37,087 nt of DNA, from assembly GCA_039199465.1 (NCBI GenBank), contig JBCCSW010000001.1:1-37087 (forward strand). The letters are read 5' to 3'. This DNA is from Pseudomonadota bacterium. Lineage in GTDB: Bacteria; Pseudomonadota; Alphaproteobacteria; Rhodobacterales; Rhodobacteraceae. The notes under the pieces are model-generated. The model was given only the letters and a program-made list of their open reading frames with translations, was not told the DNA's origin and made no database searches. Shown here in pieces: positions 10,527-22,959 of this stretch; within the stretch, counting starts at the first letter, position 1; each line of letters opens with the position of its first letter. A program made the translations under genes and the position numbers.

Positions 10527-12797
10527 CTACTGCAGCACTTCCTTGATCTTGGCGGTCAGTTCGGCCAGCGAGAAGGGCTTCGAGAGAAAGGCGTAGTCAG
10601 GGCGTTCGATCTGTTTGCGAAAGGCTTCCTCGGCATAGCCCGAGACGAACAGGACGCGCACCTCGGGCATCATTTCGCGGGCCTTGCCGACAAAGGTCGG
10701 CCCGTCCATGCCCGGCATCATCACATCCGAGACGATGAGGTCGAAATCCGTGTCGCCGTCCTCGAGGATGGCGAGCGCCTCCTCCGCCTCCTCGGCCGTC
10801 GTGACGTCATAGCCTCGGAGCTGCAGCGCCCGGGCTGCGAAGGACCGGACCGCGGCCTCGTCCTCGACCAGCAGAACGCGGCCGGCGCCGGTCAAGTCGA
10901 TGGCTTTGGTGGCGTTCGGCCGGTCGGGCTTGATCTCCTCGGCACTGTCGGCCTCGACACGCGGCAGCAGGATGCGGAAGCAGGCACCGCCCTCGGGCCG
11001 GTTCTCGGCGAAAACCATGCCGCCTGACTGCTTGACGATGCCGTAGACGGTCGAGAGGCCGAGACCGGTCCCCTCGCCCTGCGCCTTGGTGGTGAAGAAC
11101 GGATCGAAGACCTTGCCGATCGTCTCGTCCTGAAGGCCCAAACCTTCATCCGCGACGACCAGTTCGACATAGTCGCCGGCCGGCACGACGCCGCCGTGGC
11201 GCTGCTCGTCCACGCGGAACATGCGGCGCCGCGTCGAGATGGTGACCGTGCCACCCTTCGGCATGGCATCGCGCGCATTCACGACGAGATTGACCAGCGC
11301 CTGTTCGAGCTGGCCCTGATCGGCGCGGACATGGCCGACCGGCCCGGCGGGATCCGGGTCGAGCCTCAGCTTCACGCGGTCGCCGATCAATCGGTCGAGC
11401 AGGTAGAGCGTGTCGGAGATCACATCCGAGAGCGACAGCGTCTCGGGCTTCAGGGTCTGCTTGCGGCTGAAGGCGAGGAGCTGCCGCACCAGCGCCGCAG
11501 CCCGGTTCGCGTTCTGCCTGATCTGCATCAGGTCGGAATAGTCGGGCTGCGTGGCATCCTTGCCGATCAACAGCAGATCGCAATGACCGTTGATCGCCGT
11601 GATCAGGTTGTTGAAGTCATGGGCAACACCGCCCGCAAGCTGGCCCACGGCCTCCATCTTCTGGGACTGCGTATACTTGTCCTGCAGCGCATGAAGCTCG
11701 GCCGCGTCGGTCAGGACCGCGGCGACGCGGCCGCCACCGAGACGCCGCGCCGGGCTGAGGCTGAGCTGCAGCGGACGTTCCGACAGTTCACCCGTGGTGA
11801 ATACCGTGCCGACGGTCGTCCGGGCGGCCGCCCGCTCGACCAGGGTCTCCAGACGTTCACCCCGGCAGGTCAGGAACTCGGCCAGCATACGGCCCGGCGC
11901 CGCGCGACCGCCAAGCGTGCGCACCGCGGCGGAGTTCAGCCATTCGAGCCGACCATCGCGGGACAGGTGCATGACCGAGACGGGCAGATCGTCCGAGACC
12001 CGCGCCTGCTCGACCCGTCGACCACCGGCAACGCCGCCGACCTCGAAGAAGAAGATCTCCGCGCCGAACGGCATGCCGTCGGCCGTGCCGCGCAGGCCGG
12101 TCGGGATGACGAAAAAGTCGCGCTCGGCGCCGTCGCGGCAGGGCAGCCGGTAGTCGCCGGCGAGCAGTTCGCCGCGTTCCGTCTTAACCGCCTCGATCAG
12201 GCGCTTGGCATCGGTGCCGAAGAACTCGCGGCAGCGCGGGTTGAAGCTGGCGCCGCCGGCCTTGTCGAAGGAGAGATAGCCGTAGGACGCCTTGTCGTGG
12301 GGCGCGGCCGCAGTCGGCAGCGCGATGATGTCGGTGGCGTCGCTCGGCAGCACGCGCCACAGGAAATGCCGCGCGCCTGTACGCGTGACGGAGAGATAGC
12401 GCCGCTCGTCGGTGACCGGGCAGCGCACCTCTTCCAGCGCGATGCCGGTGCGGGAGGCGGAACGGCTGAGGCGATAGACCAGCCCCTGCGATGTCGCGGA
12501 GAACTCGGCAAGCGCGTCGTCGATGGTGGTGGCCGAGCCGGCGAAGCTCTGCATCGCGGCGTTCATCGCGACGACGCTTCCGGAGGTTCGGACGATCGCC
12601 GCTGGCTCGTTCGCCTGGCGAAGCTCCTCGGGCAAGGTGTCGAGGCCGACGCGGCCGAGCGCTGCGCGAAGCGACGGTGCTACCCCGACGACGGCCATCG
12701 CTGCGGGTTCGACCCCCCCGCCCAGCGTCGCAATCAGGCATAGGGAGAGAAGTGCGACGAGGATCGCGACGTCGTGTCTAGCGGCTGGCTTGGCCAT
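10527..12797 (-). CDS. cckA: Hybrid sensor histidine kinase/receiver, CckA-like
   Basis: [22 protein letters not shown]-box, [37 protein letters not shown]-terminal receiver ([16 protein letters not shown]), N-terminal hydrophobic segment and degenerate PAS-like regions; sits directly upstream of recA. Alternative start at 12821. Confidence 0.88.
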   Translation of the reverse strand: MAKPAARHDVAILVALLSLCLIATLGGGVEPAAMAVVGVAPSLRAALGRVGLDTLPEELRQANEPAAIVRTSGSVVAMNAAMQSFAGSATTIDDALAEFSATSQGLVYRLSRSASRTGIALEEVRCPVTDERRYLSVTRTGARHFLWRVLPSDATDIIALPTAAAPHDKASYGYLSFDKAGGASFNPRCREFFGTDAKRLIEAVKTERGELLAGDYRLPCRDGAERDFFVIPTGLRGTADGMPFGAEIFFFEVGGVAGGRRVEQARVSDDLPVSVMHLSRDGRLEWLNSAAVRTLGGRAAPGRMLAEFLTCRGERLETLVERAAARTTVGTVFTTGELSERPLQLSLSPARRLGGGRVAAVLTDAAELHALQDKYTQSQKMEAVGQLAGGVAHDFNNLITAINGHCDLLLIGKDATQPDYSDLMQIRQNANRAAALVRQLLAFSRKQTLKPETLSLSDVISDTLYLLDRLIGDRVKLRLDPDPAGPVGHVRADQGQLEQALVNLVVNARDAMPKGGTVTISTRRRMFRVDEQRHGGVVPAGDYVELVVADEGLGLQDETIGKVFDPFFTTKAQGEGTGLGLSTVYGIVKQSGGMVFAENRPEGGACFRILLPRVEADSAEEIKPDRPNATKAIDLTGAGRVLLVEDEAAVRSFAARALQLRGYDVTTAEEAEEALAILEDGDTDFDLIVSDVMMPGMDGPTFVGKAREMMPEVRVLFVSGYAEEAFRKQIERPDYAFLSKPFSLAELTAKIKEVLQ

Positions 12798-12870
12798 GAC
12801 CCTTACGCTTCGGTCTTTCATTCAGACCATTCTTAGGTCTGCCGAGCGCGTAAAAAAAGGATGAACGGGT

Positions 12871-14112
12871 CTAGCCAAACATGTCCATTCGCGCCGCGAA
12901 GAAACCGTCGGCGCCATCCTTGGCGGGCATGTTGCTGAAACGCGCCGCCGAGGTCACGGCGTCGATCAGCCTTGGTGAGCGATCGGCAAGGGCCTCGAGG
13001 CGGAGCGGGCCCTCCGCCGCCAGGAATGAACACGTCGCGAAGACGACGCGACCGCTCGGCGCGACGAGTCTTAGCGCCTGATCGAGCACGTCGTCCTGCA
13101 CGCGGCAGAGCTCGGCAAGGCGTTTGGGGCCGAGGTGCCACTTTCCGACGGGGTCGCGGCGCCACGAACCGCTGCCCGAGCACGGGGCGTCGACGAAGAC
13201 CAGATCCACGCGTCCCTGAAGCGCCGGCAGGTCCGGTGTCGCAAGCCGCTCGACCGTCAGGCCGGCGCGGTCGGCGCGCAGCGGCAGTTCGGCCATGCGG
13301 CGCGGGTCGATATCGTGGGCGATAAGGCGCCCTTTCCCGTGCATCTGTGCGCCGAGCGCCAGCGTCTTCCCGCCTGCGCCTGCACAGAGGTCGAGCACCG
13401 TCATACCTGGCGCTGGCCCGGCCAGATCGACCGACGCCTGGCTGGCGGCGTCCTGCAGCTCCACAAGACCGTTACGGAAGGCAGCGCTCTGGGCGATGCG
13501 ACGCGCGCCCGTTGTCACCACCAGCGCCGTGGGCGAGAGCGGTCCGGGCTCGGCTGCGATGCCGTCGTCGCCCAGGACGTCGATCGCGAGCGGAGTATCG
13601 GCCTTGAGTGTGTTGACCCTGAGATAGGTCGGCGCGCGGGTAGTGAGGGCCGCGGCGACAGGTTCGGGAACGGCATGGGGCGGCGCGGCGAGATGATCCG
13701 GCAGGTCGAACCGCGCTGCCCTACCCTCATCAGCGAGACGACCATCTGCATCGGCAGGCAAGCCGGCCAGCGCCGCCGCTTCAGCGCGTGACAACGCGCC
13801 GGGGGCATGCCGGCTGCCATCGGCGATGGACGCTGCGTCCTCGCCCTGCATGGCGAGATGCGCGAGAACCGCCACGCGCGGCTCGAATGCTGCGAGATCG
13901 CCACCGGGATCGCCCGCGCCGCCGAGGATCTGCAGGCTGCGCGCGCGCCGCAGCACGGCGTAGACGATATCGGCGATGGCGTGACGGTCGCCCGAGCCCG
14001 CATAGCGGTTCGACCGCCCCCATCGGGTCAACACCCGCTCGATCGGATGTCGGTCGAGCGACCAAAGCTGCAGGATCTCGATCGCGGCCTGCGCCCTGCC
14101 TTTGGGGGTCAT
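12871..14112 (-). CDS. RsmB/NOP-family SAM-dependent RNA m5C methyltransferase
   Basis: QDAASQ, DLCAGAGGKT, VDAPCSGSG, ATCS and DGFF motifs. Confidence 0.93.
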   Translation of the reverse strand: MTPKGRAQAAIEILQLWSLDRHPIERVLTRWGRSNRYAGSGDRHAIADIVYAVLRRARSLQILGGAGDPGGDLAAFEPRVAVLAHLAMQGEDAASIADGSRHAPGALSRAEAAALAGLPADADGRLADEGRAARFDLPDHLAAPPHAVPEPVAAALTTRAPTYLRVNTLKADTPLAIDVLGDDGIAAEPGPLSPTALVVTTGARRIAQSAAFRNGLVELQDAASQASVDLAGPAPGMTVLDLCAGAGGKTLALGAQMHGKGRLIAHDIDPRRMAELPLRADRAGLTVERLATPDLPALQGRVDLVFVDAPCSGSGSWRRDPVGKWHLGPKRLAELCRVQDDVLDQALRLVAPSGRVVFATCSFLAAEGPLRLEALADRSPRLIDAVTSAARFSNMPAKDGADGFFAARMDMFG

Positions 14113-14251
14113 CGGGATCCGGCAAGCGAGAAGCGGCTATGCATCACGCAGTCTTTAGCCGGTCTTTCGGCGTCATGGCGGTGCGCCCTAGGTGACCTCC
14201 AATCCGGCGGGCGTCGATAGCGCCGCCGCCGCCACCCTGATGGAGGACGCC

Positions 14252-14824
14252 ATGGGCGAGACACCGACTGTGCACACCGTCGAGACGGCACCCGAGGGCG
14301 CGAAGCCGCTGCTTGAGAATTCGATCCGCGGCTTCGGCATGATCCCCAACCTGCACGGCGTTATGGCCGAGAGCCCGGCGCTGTTGGAGGCCTATCAGCG
14401 CGTCCATGCGCTGGTTGTCGAGAACACCGCTTTCGACGCGGCCGAACGGACGGTGATCTGGCAGGCAATCAATGTCGAGCACGCCTGCCACTACTGCGTG
14501 CCGGCGCACACCGCGATCGCGCATCGCGACAAGGTCGAGCCTGCGGTCATCGATGCTCTGCGCGCGGGTCAGCCGCTGGCCGATCCGAAGCTGGAGGCGC
14601 TGCGCCAGTTTACGCTTGCGGTGCTGCGCCGTCGGGGCGAGGCCGATGCCGCCCAGATCGACGCCTTCCGAGCGGCGGGCTATGGCGACAGGCATATCCT
14701 GGAGGTCGTGCTGGTCCTCTCGCAGAAGGTCATGTCGAACTACGTCAATCACCTGTTCGACACGCCGGTCGACGCGCCCTTCCAGAAGTTCGCATGGACC
14801 CCCTCCGACACCGCCGCGGCCTGA
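14252..14824 (+). CDS. Carboxymuconolactone decarboxylase / AhpD-like peroxidase family protein
   Basis: FGMIPNLHGVMAESP, CHYCVPAH (CxxC) and KVMSNYVNH motifs; GGAGG RBS before ATG 14252. Confidence 0.88.
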   Translation: MGETPTVHTVETAPEGAKPLLENSIRGFGMIPNLHGVMAESPALLEAYQRVHALVVENTAFDAAERTVIWQAINVEHACHYCVPAHTAIAHRDKVEPAVIDALRAGQPLADPKLEALRQFTLAVLRRRGEADAAQIDAFRAAGYGDRHILEVVLVLSQKVMSNYVNHLFDTPVDAPFQKFAWTPSDTAAA

Positions 14825-14904
14825 GGCCCGACGACTAAGACCCGTGCGGCGGCTGGCCGACAAGGCCCGTCGCCGCGCCAGTTTGCTGCGCCTAGGGCAC
14901 GTCT

Positions 14905-16476
<1,572 letters not shown>

Positions 16477-16525
16477 TCAGCGCGGCAAGCGTTGTGGCAT
16501 GACGGGCGAAACGGCGGAGCGTTGA

Positions 16526-17488
16526 GTGACGGGGCATGGCTACGACAGCGGGCGGCTGGACCTGCCGTTCACCGGCATCTGCACCTTCGCAAAACGGCCG
16601 TTCGTCGGCGACTGGTCACGGCTGGAGGCCGATGTCGCGGTCCTAGGCGCACCGTTCGATGCGGGCACGCAGTGGCGGGCGGGCGCGCGCTTCGGACCCA
16701 GGGCGGTGCGCGAGGCGTCGACCCTGTTCTCCTTCGGCCATGCCGGGTCTTATGACCACGAGGACGACGCGGTCTACCTTCCGGCCACGGTGAGGATCGT
16801 CGATATGGGCGATGCCGACATCGTCCACACCGACACGGTTGCGAGCCATGCGAACATCGAGGCGGGCGTGCGCGCGGCCCTCGGCTCAGGCGCGCTGCCG
16901 GTGGTGATCGGCGGCGATCACTCGATCAACATCCCCGTCATCGCTGCCTTCGACGGTCAGGGGCCGATCCATATCGTGCAGATCGATGCGCATCTGGACT
17001 TCGTCGATGTCCGGCACGGCGTGCGGTTCGGGCACGGCAATCCGATGCGGCGCGCGGCCGAGCGGGACCATGTGACCGGCCTGACCCAGATCGGCATCCG
17101 AAACGTGAGCTCGACGGCACGCGAGGGCTATGACGATGCGCGCGCCATGGGCTCGGATATCCTGAGCGTGCGCCAGGCGCGCCGGCTGGGGCCCGAGGCG
17201 GTCGTGGCCCATATTCCGTTGGGCGCCAAGGTGTATGTGACCATCGATATCGACGCCTTCTGCCCCTCGATCGCCGCCGGTACCGGCACGCCCAGCCATG
17301 GCGGTTTTCTCTACTATGACGTGCTGGAGATGCTGCAGGCCCTCGCACGGCGGCACGAGGTCGTCGGTATCGACCTGGTCGAGGTGGCGCCCGACTACGA
17401 CCCGAGCGGGTCGACCGCGATCCTGGCCGCGCAGCTTCTGCTCAATTTCCTCGGCTTCGTCTTCCATGCCCGGGGTGCCGGCCGCTAG
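16526..17488 (+). CDS. speB: Agmatinase-family ureohydrolase
   Basis: GARFGPRAVR, GGDHS, DAHLD, DIDAFCP..GTGTP and DLVEVAP metal-binding motifs; the exact substrate cannot be determined from sequence. Confidence 0.85.
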   Translation: MTGHGYDSGRLDLPFTGICTFAKRPFVGDWSRLEADVAVLGAPFDAGTQWRAGARFGPRAVREASTLFSFGHAGSYDHEDDAVYLPATVRIVDMGDADIVHTDTVASHANIEAGVRAALGSGALPVVIGGDHSINIPVIAAFDGQGPIHIVQIDAHLDFVDVRHGVRFGHGNPMRRAAERDHVTGLTQIGIRNVSSTAREGYDDARAMGSDILSVRQARRLGPEAVVAHIPLGAKVYVTIDIDAFCPSIAAGTGTPSHGGFLYYDVLEMLQALARRHEVVGIDLVEVAPDYDPSGSTAILAAQLLLNFLGFVFHARGAGR

Positions 17489-17517
17489 ACTGCCGCTCCT
17501 TTGCGAGGGAGGTATTG

Positions 17518-18654
17518 ATGGCGACGACCGTCTATTTCGGCACGAACCGAGAGGTGAAGCGGGTAAACCCGCCGGAACTCGGCAACGACTTCAACAGCGA
17601 CGGGCCGCGCTTCTATCGCGTCGGCAAGGCACTCGTCGAGAAGATCGGCGACAATTGGGCGTTGGGCGGCGAGGGCTACAAGACGATATCGGCCGAGCTG
17701 TACGACGAGCGCAGACCCAGCAAATCGAACCCTGCCGGCAAGCCCGGATCGACCGCGATGTTCGAAGAAATGCGCGGCGTCATGGCGACCGAGACGCGCG
17801 ATGTGCTCGTCTTCATCCACGGCTTCGCCTCGACCTTCGAGAGTGCGATGGAGCGCGCGGCCGCCCTCGCCGATGCCTATCTCTCGGCACCGACCGATGC
17901 GGAAGGGACGCTCAGCGCAGAGCGGAAGGAGCCGCTGGTCTTCGCCTTCTCCTGGCCGTCGGACGCCGAGATGTTCGTCGATGACGATCGCGGCTGGGCC
18001 TATTCGGGCGACCGTGTGCAGGCGAAGGAGAGCGGGCATGCCATGGCGCGCTGCGCTATGCGCATGCTGGAGTTCCTGATCGCGTTAAAGCGCGAGGAGC
18101 GTTGCGAGCAGCGGTTGCATCTGGTGGCCCACAGCATGGGCAACTGGGCGCTGCGCGCCGCGGTGCAGGAGATGGTGGAGATCGCGGAGGAGGAAGGCAT
18201 CCTGCTGCGCCCCGTGTTCGAGAACGTCTTTCTGATGGCCGCCGATATCGAAGACCATGCACTCGAACAGGAAGGCTGGCTGGCGCCGGTGCTGATGCTG
18301 ACGCGGCGCGTGCATGTCTACCACGCCGAGAACGACAAGGCGCTTACGGCCTCGGTGCTGAAGCCCAACCAGGGGGCGCGGCTCGGCCATTTGGGCCCGA
18401 GGCGCATGTCGGTGCTGCCCGATCGGGTCAGCGCGGTGGACTGCCGCGATGTCTCCTGGACACCGGCGGACAAGCTGGTGCGCCACCAGTACTATCGCCT
18501 CGCCCCGGAGGTGATCGAGGATGTGCGGAGCGTGCTGGCAGGCATTGCGCCGTCCGACATGGCGACGCGCGTGCCGGGCGATGCGCCGGGGCGCTGGCGG
18601 GTGAAACTGGATACTGCGGCGCGGGAGGCCCTGCGCCGGACGGCCGATACCTAG
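17518..18654 (+). CDS. Alpha/beta-hydrolase, DUF900-like
   Basis: YFGTNR, VFIHGF, FSWPS, nucleophile elbow AHSMG, AADI, DKAL..S and HQYY motifs; GGAGG RBS. Confidence 0.85.
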   Translation: MATTVYFGTNREVKRVNPPELGNDFNSDGPRFYRVGKALVEKIGDNWALGGEGYKTISAELYDERRPSKSNPAGKPGSTAMFEEMRGVMATETRDVLVFIHGFASTFESAMERAAALADAYLSAPTDAEGTLSAERKEPLVFAFSWPSDAEMFVDDDRGWAYSGDRVQAKESGHAMARCAMRMLEFLIALKREERCEQRLHLVAHSMGNWALRAAVQEMVEIAEEEGILLRPVFENVFLMAADIEDHALEQEGWLAPVLMLTRRVHVYHAENDKALTASVLKPNQGARLGHLGPRRMSVLPDRVSAVDCRDVSWTPADKLVRHQYYRLAPEVIEDVRSVLAGIAPSDMATRVPGDAPGRWRVKLDTAAREALRRTADT

Positions 18655-19451
18655 GCGTCGGGGCTCTCGCTCTCGCGCGGCGCCCTGAAGCCGGTCGCGA
18701 TCACGTACATCTCGGCCGAGTCCTTGCGGCTGGCGGGTGGTTTCATGTGCTGGACCTTGGCGAAGCACTGCTTCAGCCGGGCGAGGAGCGCGCCTTCTGT
18801 CCCGCCCTGCAGGACCTTTGCGACAAAGACGCCACCAGGTGTCAGGACCTCGATCGCGAACTCCGCCGCTGCCTCGGCCAATGCGATGATGCGCAGATGG
18901 TCGGTCGACCGATGACCCGAGGACGCGGCCGCCATATCGGAGAGGACGATATCGGCGGGGCCGTCGAGACGCGTCTTCACGGCCGTATCGGCACCGTCGT
19001 CGAGGAAGTCCAGCACCATGAGATCGGTGCCGGCGATCGGAGCGACCTCTTGCAGGTCGACGCCCAGCACATGGCCTTGCGGGCGGTTCTTGCGGCTGCC
19101 ATCGGCGTTGATCCGGGCGACCGCGACCTGGCACCACCCGCCCGGCGCACAGCCGAGATCGACGACACGGGCGCCGGGCGTCAGGAAACGGTGCTTGTCG
19201 TCGATCTCGATAAGCTTGAAAGCCGCGCGCCCGCGATATCCCTCGACCCGCGCCCGGCGCACATAGGGGTCGTTGAGCTGGCGTTCGAGCCAGAGCGTCG
19301 AACTGAGCTTTCGGCCCTTGGCAGTCTTCACCTTCTCGTGGAGCGCCCGCTGCCCACGGCCCGATGCGCCCGGCTGCGGGCCAGGGCCGACAACGTCGGT
19401 ATGGATCGGCGCCTTGCGGCCACCCCTTCCGCCCTTCTTCGGACCGGCCAT
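18651..19451 (-). CDS. rlmE: 23S rRNA 2'-O-methyltransferase RlmE/FtsJ
   Basis: [43 protein letters not shown]; its stop overlaps the convergent DUF900 stop by 4 bp. Confidence 0.96.
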   Translation of the reverse strand: MAGPKKGGRGGRKAPIHTDVVGPGPQPGASGRGQRALHEKVKTAKGRKLSSTLWLERQLNDPYVRRARVEGYRGRAAFKLIEIDDKHRFLTPGARVVDLGCAPGGWCQVAVARINADGSRKNRPQGHVLGVDLQEVAPIAGTDLMVLDFLDDGADTAVKTRLDGPADIVLSDMAAASSGHRSTDHLRIIALAEAAAEFAIEVLTPGGVFVAKVLQGGTEGALLARLKQCFAKVQHMKPPASRKDSAEMYVIATGFRAPRESESPDA

Positions 19452-20557
19452 CAGGTCATCAGCAGCTTTTGGTGATGCAGCAGGCCGTACAGGATCCCCT
19501 CACGAAGACCGCGATCTGCGACGCGCATGCGCTGTGCCGGCCAGATATCGAAGATCGTGGACAGGATCGCCGCGCCTGAGATGATCAGTTCGGATCGGTT
19601 CCGACCAACCCCCGGGCAGCGCGACCGCCCGCCGGCGCCGAGCGACAGCAGCCGCTCGGTCACGCCGCGCACCTCGCTGCCCTGCATCCACAGCCCGTCC
19701 ACCTTCGACCGGTCATAGACGCGCAGACCCAGATGCAGCGCGCCGAAGGTGGTGGCCGTGCCAGAGACGCCGATGACCTGCAGCTTCTCGCACTGCTTCT
19801 GCCGGTCGCGGCAGGTCAGCGGGCGAAACCCCATCATCGCTTCAGCGAAGCTCGCCGACATCGCCTCGAACCGGGCGCGGTCATCGCTGATGGCGGCGAA
19901 CCGGTCATGCAGGGTCGATACCCCCAGCGGTACCGACAGCCAGTCGGAGACATGCGTCTCGGCCGCTCGACAGTCGTGACAGTGATCCCCAGGCAGGAGG
20001 GGCGCCAAGGCACGGACAAGGGCGCGGCGGCGCGCCGGGGCGGTCAGGGCGAGATCGACCCAGATCAATTCGGTGGAGCCGCCGCCGATATCGATCACGA
20101 GCAATTGTTCCGCGTCGGGGTCGACCAGCGGTGTGCAACCGGCGACGGCGAGGCGCGCCTCCTCCTCGGCCGAGATGATGCGCAGGTCCATCCCGGTCTC
20201 GCGTCGGACGCGCCGGGCGAAGCGCTGGCCGTTCTCAGCGCGTCGGCACGCTTCGGTGGCGATGATCTGCGCGTCGGTCACGCTGTGTTGGCGAAGCTTG
20301 GCGGCGCAGATGCGAAGCGCCTTGATCGCGCGGTCCTGCGCGACGCGGGACAGGGTGCGATGATGTTCCATCCCCTCGCCCAGGCGCACGGGCCGGCTAA
20401 AGGCGTCGATCACCCTAAAGTCGTCATCACGCGGCTCGGCGACAAGCAGGCGGCAGTTGTTCGTGCCGAGGTCGAGCGCGGCGATCGCGCCGCTCCGCTT
20501 ATCGCGTGCCGTTCGATCGCCCTGCCATGTTCCGCTCTCGGCGCGCGCCCCGGTCAT
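19451..20557 (-). CDS. Ppx/GppA family phosphatase
   Basis: [42 protein letters not shown]; its TGA overlaps the rlmE ATG; start placed at ATG 20557 (GTG 20563 possible). Confidence 0.92.
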   Translation of the reverse strand: MTGARAESGTWQGDRTARDKRSGAIAALDLGTNNCRLLVAEPRDDDFRVIDAFSRPVRLGEGMEHHRTLSRVAQDRAIKALRICAAKLRQHSVTDAQIIATEACRRAENGQRFARRVRRETGMDLRIISAEEEARLAVAGCTPLVDPDAEQLLVIDIGGGSTELIWVDLALTAPARRRALVRALAPLLPGDHCHDCRAAETHVSDWLSVPLGVSTLHDRFAAISDDRARFEAMSASFAEAMMGFRPLTCRDRQKQCEKLQVIGVSGTATTFGALHLGLRVYDRSKVDGLWMQGSEVRGVTERLLSLGAGGRSRCPGVGRNRSELIISGAAILSTIFDIWPAQRMRVADRGLREGILYGLLHHQKLLMT

Positions 20558-20619
20558 CGTCACACATCCCTGTCTTCTGCAGAAGATAGGGAGGGAGGAC
20601 GATCGGCTGCAAGCGCCCC

Positions 20620-21498
20620 TTAGCCGCCCGCGATGGCGAGGCCCGCCTGATGCGGCTCGACCCCGATGGCCTGGCAGAGCTGGAACGGCAGATCGGGCTT
20701 GTTGAGCGTGTAGATGTGGATGTGGTCGACGCCCTCGCGCATCAAGCCCTCGCACTGCTCCGACGCGATCGCCAGCGAGAGAAGATCATGCGCGTCCCGA
20801 TCGTCGGCGTTGGCGTAGGCGTCGTGCATCCAACCCGGCACACTGGTCCCGCAGCGGCCGGCGAAGCTGACCATCTTGTCGAAATCGTCGACGGGCAGGA
20901 TCCCCGGCAGGATCGGGATGTCGATCCCTGCCGCCACGCAGGCATCTCGGAAGCGCAGGAAAATCTCGTTCTCGAAGAAGAACTGCGTGATCGCCGCGGT
21001 CGCCCCTGCATCCACCTTGCGTTTCAGATAGGCGATATCGGCGGAGTGGTCGGCCGCTTCCGGGTGCTTTTCGGGATAGGCACCGACGAAGAGATCGAAC
21101 TCGCCGACATCTGCGAGCGCTTTGATGAGCTCGATCGAGCTTTCGAACCCATCTAGCTCGGGCGTGAAGTGTCCATGCCCTTCGGGCGGATCGCCGCGCA
21201 GGGCGACGATCTTTCGACACCCTAGCCGGAGGTAGTTTTGCGCCACGCGCAGGACGCTGTCGCGGCTGGCGCCAACACAGGTCAGATGACCCGCAACCTC
21301 AAGATTCGCCCGCTGCACCATGGCCAGGATCGCCGACATCGTCCTGTCGCGTGTGGTGCCCCCGGCGCCGTAGGTCACGGAGACGAAGTCGGGCGCGAGC
21401 GGCGCGAGGCGTTCCACCGACTGCCACAGCGCTGCTGCCGCCTTAGGCGATTTCGGGGGAAAGAACTCGAAACTGATTTTCGGCAGCGCACTGACCAA
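20620..21498 (-). CDS. metF: 5,10-methylenetetrahydrofolate reductase, canonical MetF
   Basis: ISFEFFPPK, SVTYGAGG, HLTCV, ALRGDPP, AYPEKHP, ITQFFF, HIYTLN; start placed at TTG 21498 after GAGGAG (uncertain). Confidence 0.95.
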   Translation of the reverse strand: MVSALPKISFEFFPPKSPKAAAALWQSVERLAPLAPDFVSVTYGAGGTTRDRTMSAILAMVQRANLEVAGHLTCVGASRDSVLRVAQNYLRLGCRKIVALRGDPPEGHGHFTPELDGFESSIELIKALADVGEFDLFVGAYPEKHPEAADHSADIAYLKRKVDAGATAAITQFFFENEIFLRFRDACVAAGIDIPILPGILPVDDFDKMVSFAGRCGTSVPGWMHDAYANADDRDAHDLLSLAIASEQCEGLMREGVDHIHIYTLNKPDLPFQLCQAIGVEPHQAGLAIAGG

Positions 21499-21683
21499 AG
21501 CCCAGCCCTCCTCGGCTACGGGGTACTGCAAGACCCATCAATCTCAGGCACGTCTGAACCCGCGGTAGAGCACCTGATCCACACCCATCGACAGCAATGT
21601 CGCAGATTGCGCTTTTCTAGTCGATATCGCTGTATCGCCAACGCCGCCCCGATCCTAACGCTGGACAGAACGGAGGGGCAGCG

Positions 21684-21989
21684 ATGGCACAACTGAGCAT
21701 TGTCTTCTGGCGCGACATACCCGCACAGGTTGTCGTTAAAGAGGGCAGGAAGACTGCGCGTCGCATTCTCCCCGAGCGCTTCGAGCAGGCGATTGACAGA
21801 TGCGCGATGAAGGTGGGTGCCCGCGACAGCGACGCCTATCTGGCAGAGTGGCGGAGGAGCGATCCCGTCCACGTTGATGGTGATGTCGAGGCGGCGGCTC
21901 AGGATGCAGCCGCTCGGCTGGTCTCGGAGTACGACGGCAACACGGTCAAGAAATTGATCGAGCAAGGCGGCTGGTCTTCGCCGGCCTAG
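21684..21989 (+). CDS. Small conserved protein of the 'virulence factor' family (function unknown)
   Basis: WRDIPAQV, LPERFEQAIDRCAM and DAYLAEWR motifs; GGAGG RBS. Confidence 0.88.
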   Translation: MAQLSIVFWRDIPAQVVVKEGRKTARRILPERFEQAIDRCAMKVGARDSDAYLAEWRRSDPVHVDGDVEAAAQDAAARLVSEYDGNTVKKLIEQGGWSSPA

Positions 21990-22000
21990 AGGGAGTGAAC

Positions 22001-22927
22001 ATGGCCAGCATCATCAATTTCGGGCTGCACAAGGCACGCCGGGACAACACCGGCGCAGCAAGCCTGATGGAGGGGTTCTCGATCGAGGTGATGCCGCGCA
22101 CCGCTGCGAAGATCGAGCGTTTCGACACCCTGCTTCCCGCCGGCACCCGCGTCTATATCGCCCTTCTGGACGGCAGGCCGATCGACGACATGGTCGGGAC
22201 CGCACGGCGCCTCGCCGCCGAAGGCTTCGAGGTGATGCCTCATTTTCCCGCGCGGATCATCGCGAACGCTGCTGAGCTGCGCAGCTGGGTCACGCGCTAT
22301 CGAGAAGAGGCTGGCGTCCAGGGCGCGCTGGTGCTCGGCGGTGGCGTGGCCAAGCCGAAGGGCGCATTCCACTGTGCCATGCAGCTGTTGGAGACGGGGA
22401 TCTTCGAGGAGCAAGGCTACGCGCGCATCCATGTCACCGGACACCCGGAAGGCAACCGCGATATCGACAGCGACGGCGGCGAGACGCTCGTGATGAAGGC
22501 GCTGGAAGAGAAGCAGGCCTGGCGCGATGAGACGGGCGCCGACATGGCGATCGTCACGCAATTCTGCTTCGAGGCGGGTCCCGTCGCCGATTGGACGAGG
22601 CGCCTCGCCGAGGCTGGCATAACGCTGCCTGTGCATTTGGGGATTGCAGGGCCGGCGAAGCTTCAGACACTGATCAAGTTTGCAATGGCCTGCGGTGTCG
22701 GGCCGTCGCTGCGCGTGCTTCAACGCCGCGCCGCTGATGTCACGAAGCTAATGACGCCGTTCACGCCGGACGGTCTGCTCGCGGATCTGGCCGAGCGACG
22801 GGCGCTTGACGCGACCTGTCCAGTCAGCCGGATCCACCTTTTCCCGCTCGGTGGGATCTCAGCCTCCGCTACCTGGGCCCGCGCCCTGAGCGAGACATCG
22901 ACCTCCGTCGCAGCTTTGCGCCGCTGA
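22001..22927 (+). CDS. Second, divergent methylenetetrahydrofolate reductase-family protein
   Basis: FSIEVMP, MPHFPAR, GHPEGN, VTQFCFE, GIAGPAKLQTLIKFAMACGVGPS and HLFPLGG motifs. Confidence 0.88.
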   Translation: MASIINFGLHKARRDNTGAASLMEGFSIEVMPRTAAKIERFDTLLPAGTRVYIALLDGRPIDDMVGTARRLAAEGFEVMPHFPARIIANAAELRSWVTRYREEAGVQGALVLGGGVAKPKGAFHCAMQLLETGIFEEQGYARIHVTGHPEGNRDIDSDGGETLVMKALEEKQAWRDETGADMAIVTQFCFEAGPVADWTRRLAEAGITLPVHLGIAGPAKLQTLIKFAMACGVGPSLRVLQRRAADVTKLMTPFTPDGLLADLAERRALDATCPVSRIHLFPLGGISASATWARALSETSTSVAALRR

Positions 22928-22959
22928 TCAGCCGACACACCGCTCACCTAGGAACATCG

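Noticed and set aside
12560-12870. LexA box at the cckA 5' end, as reported for R. capsulatus
   Set aside because: Single GTTC words occur, but I found none paired as GTTC-N7-GTTC.
21500-21520. GCCGAGGAG on the metF strand resembling the start of an SAH riboswitch
   Set aside because: The rest of the motif is absent, and the sequence is positioned as the metF ribosome-binding site.
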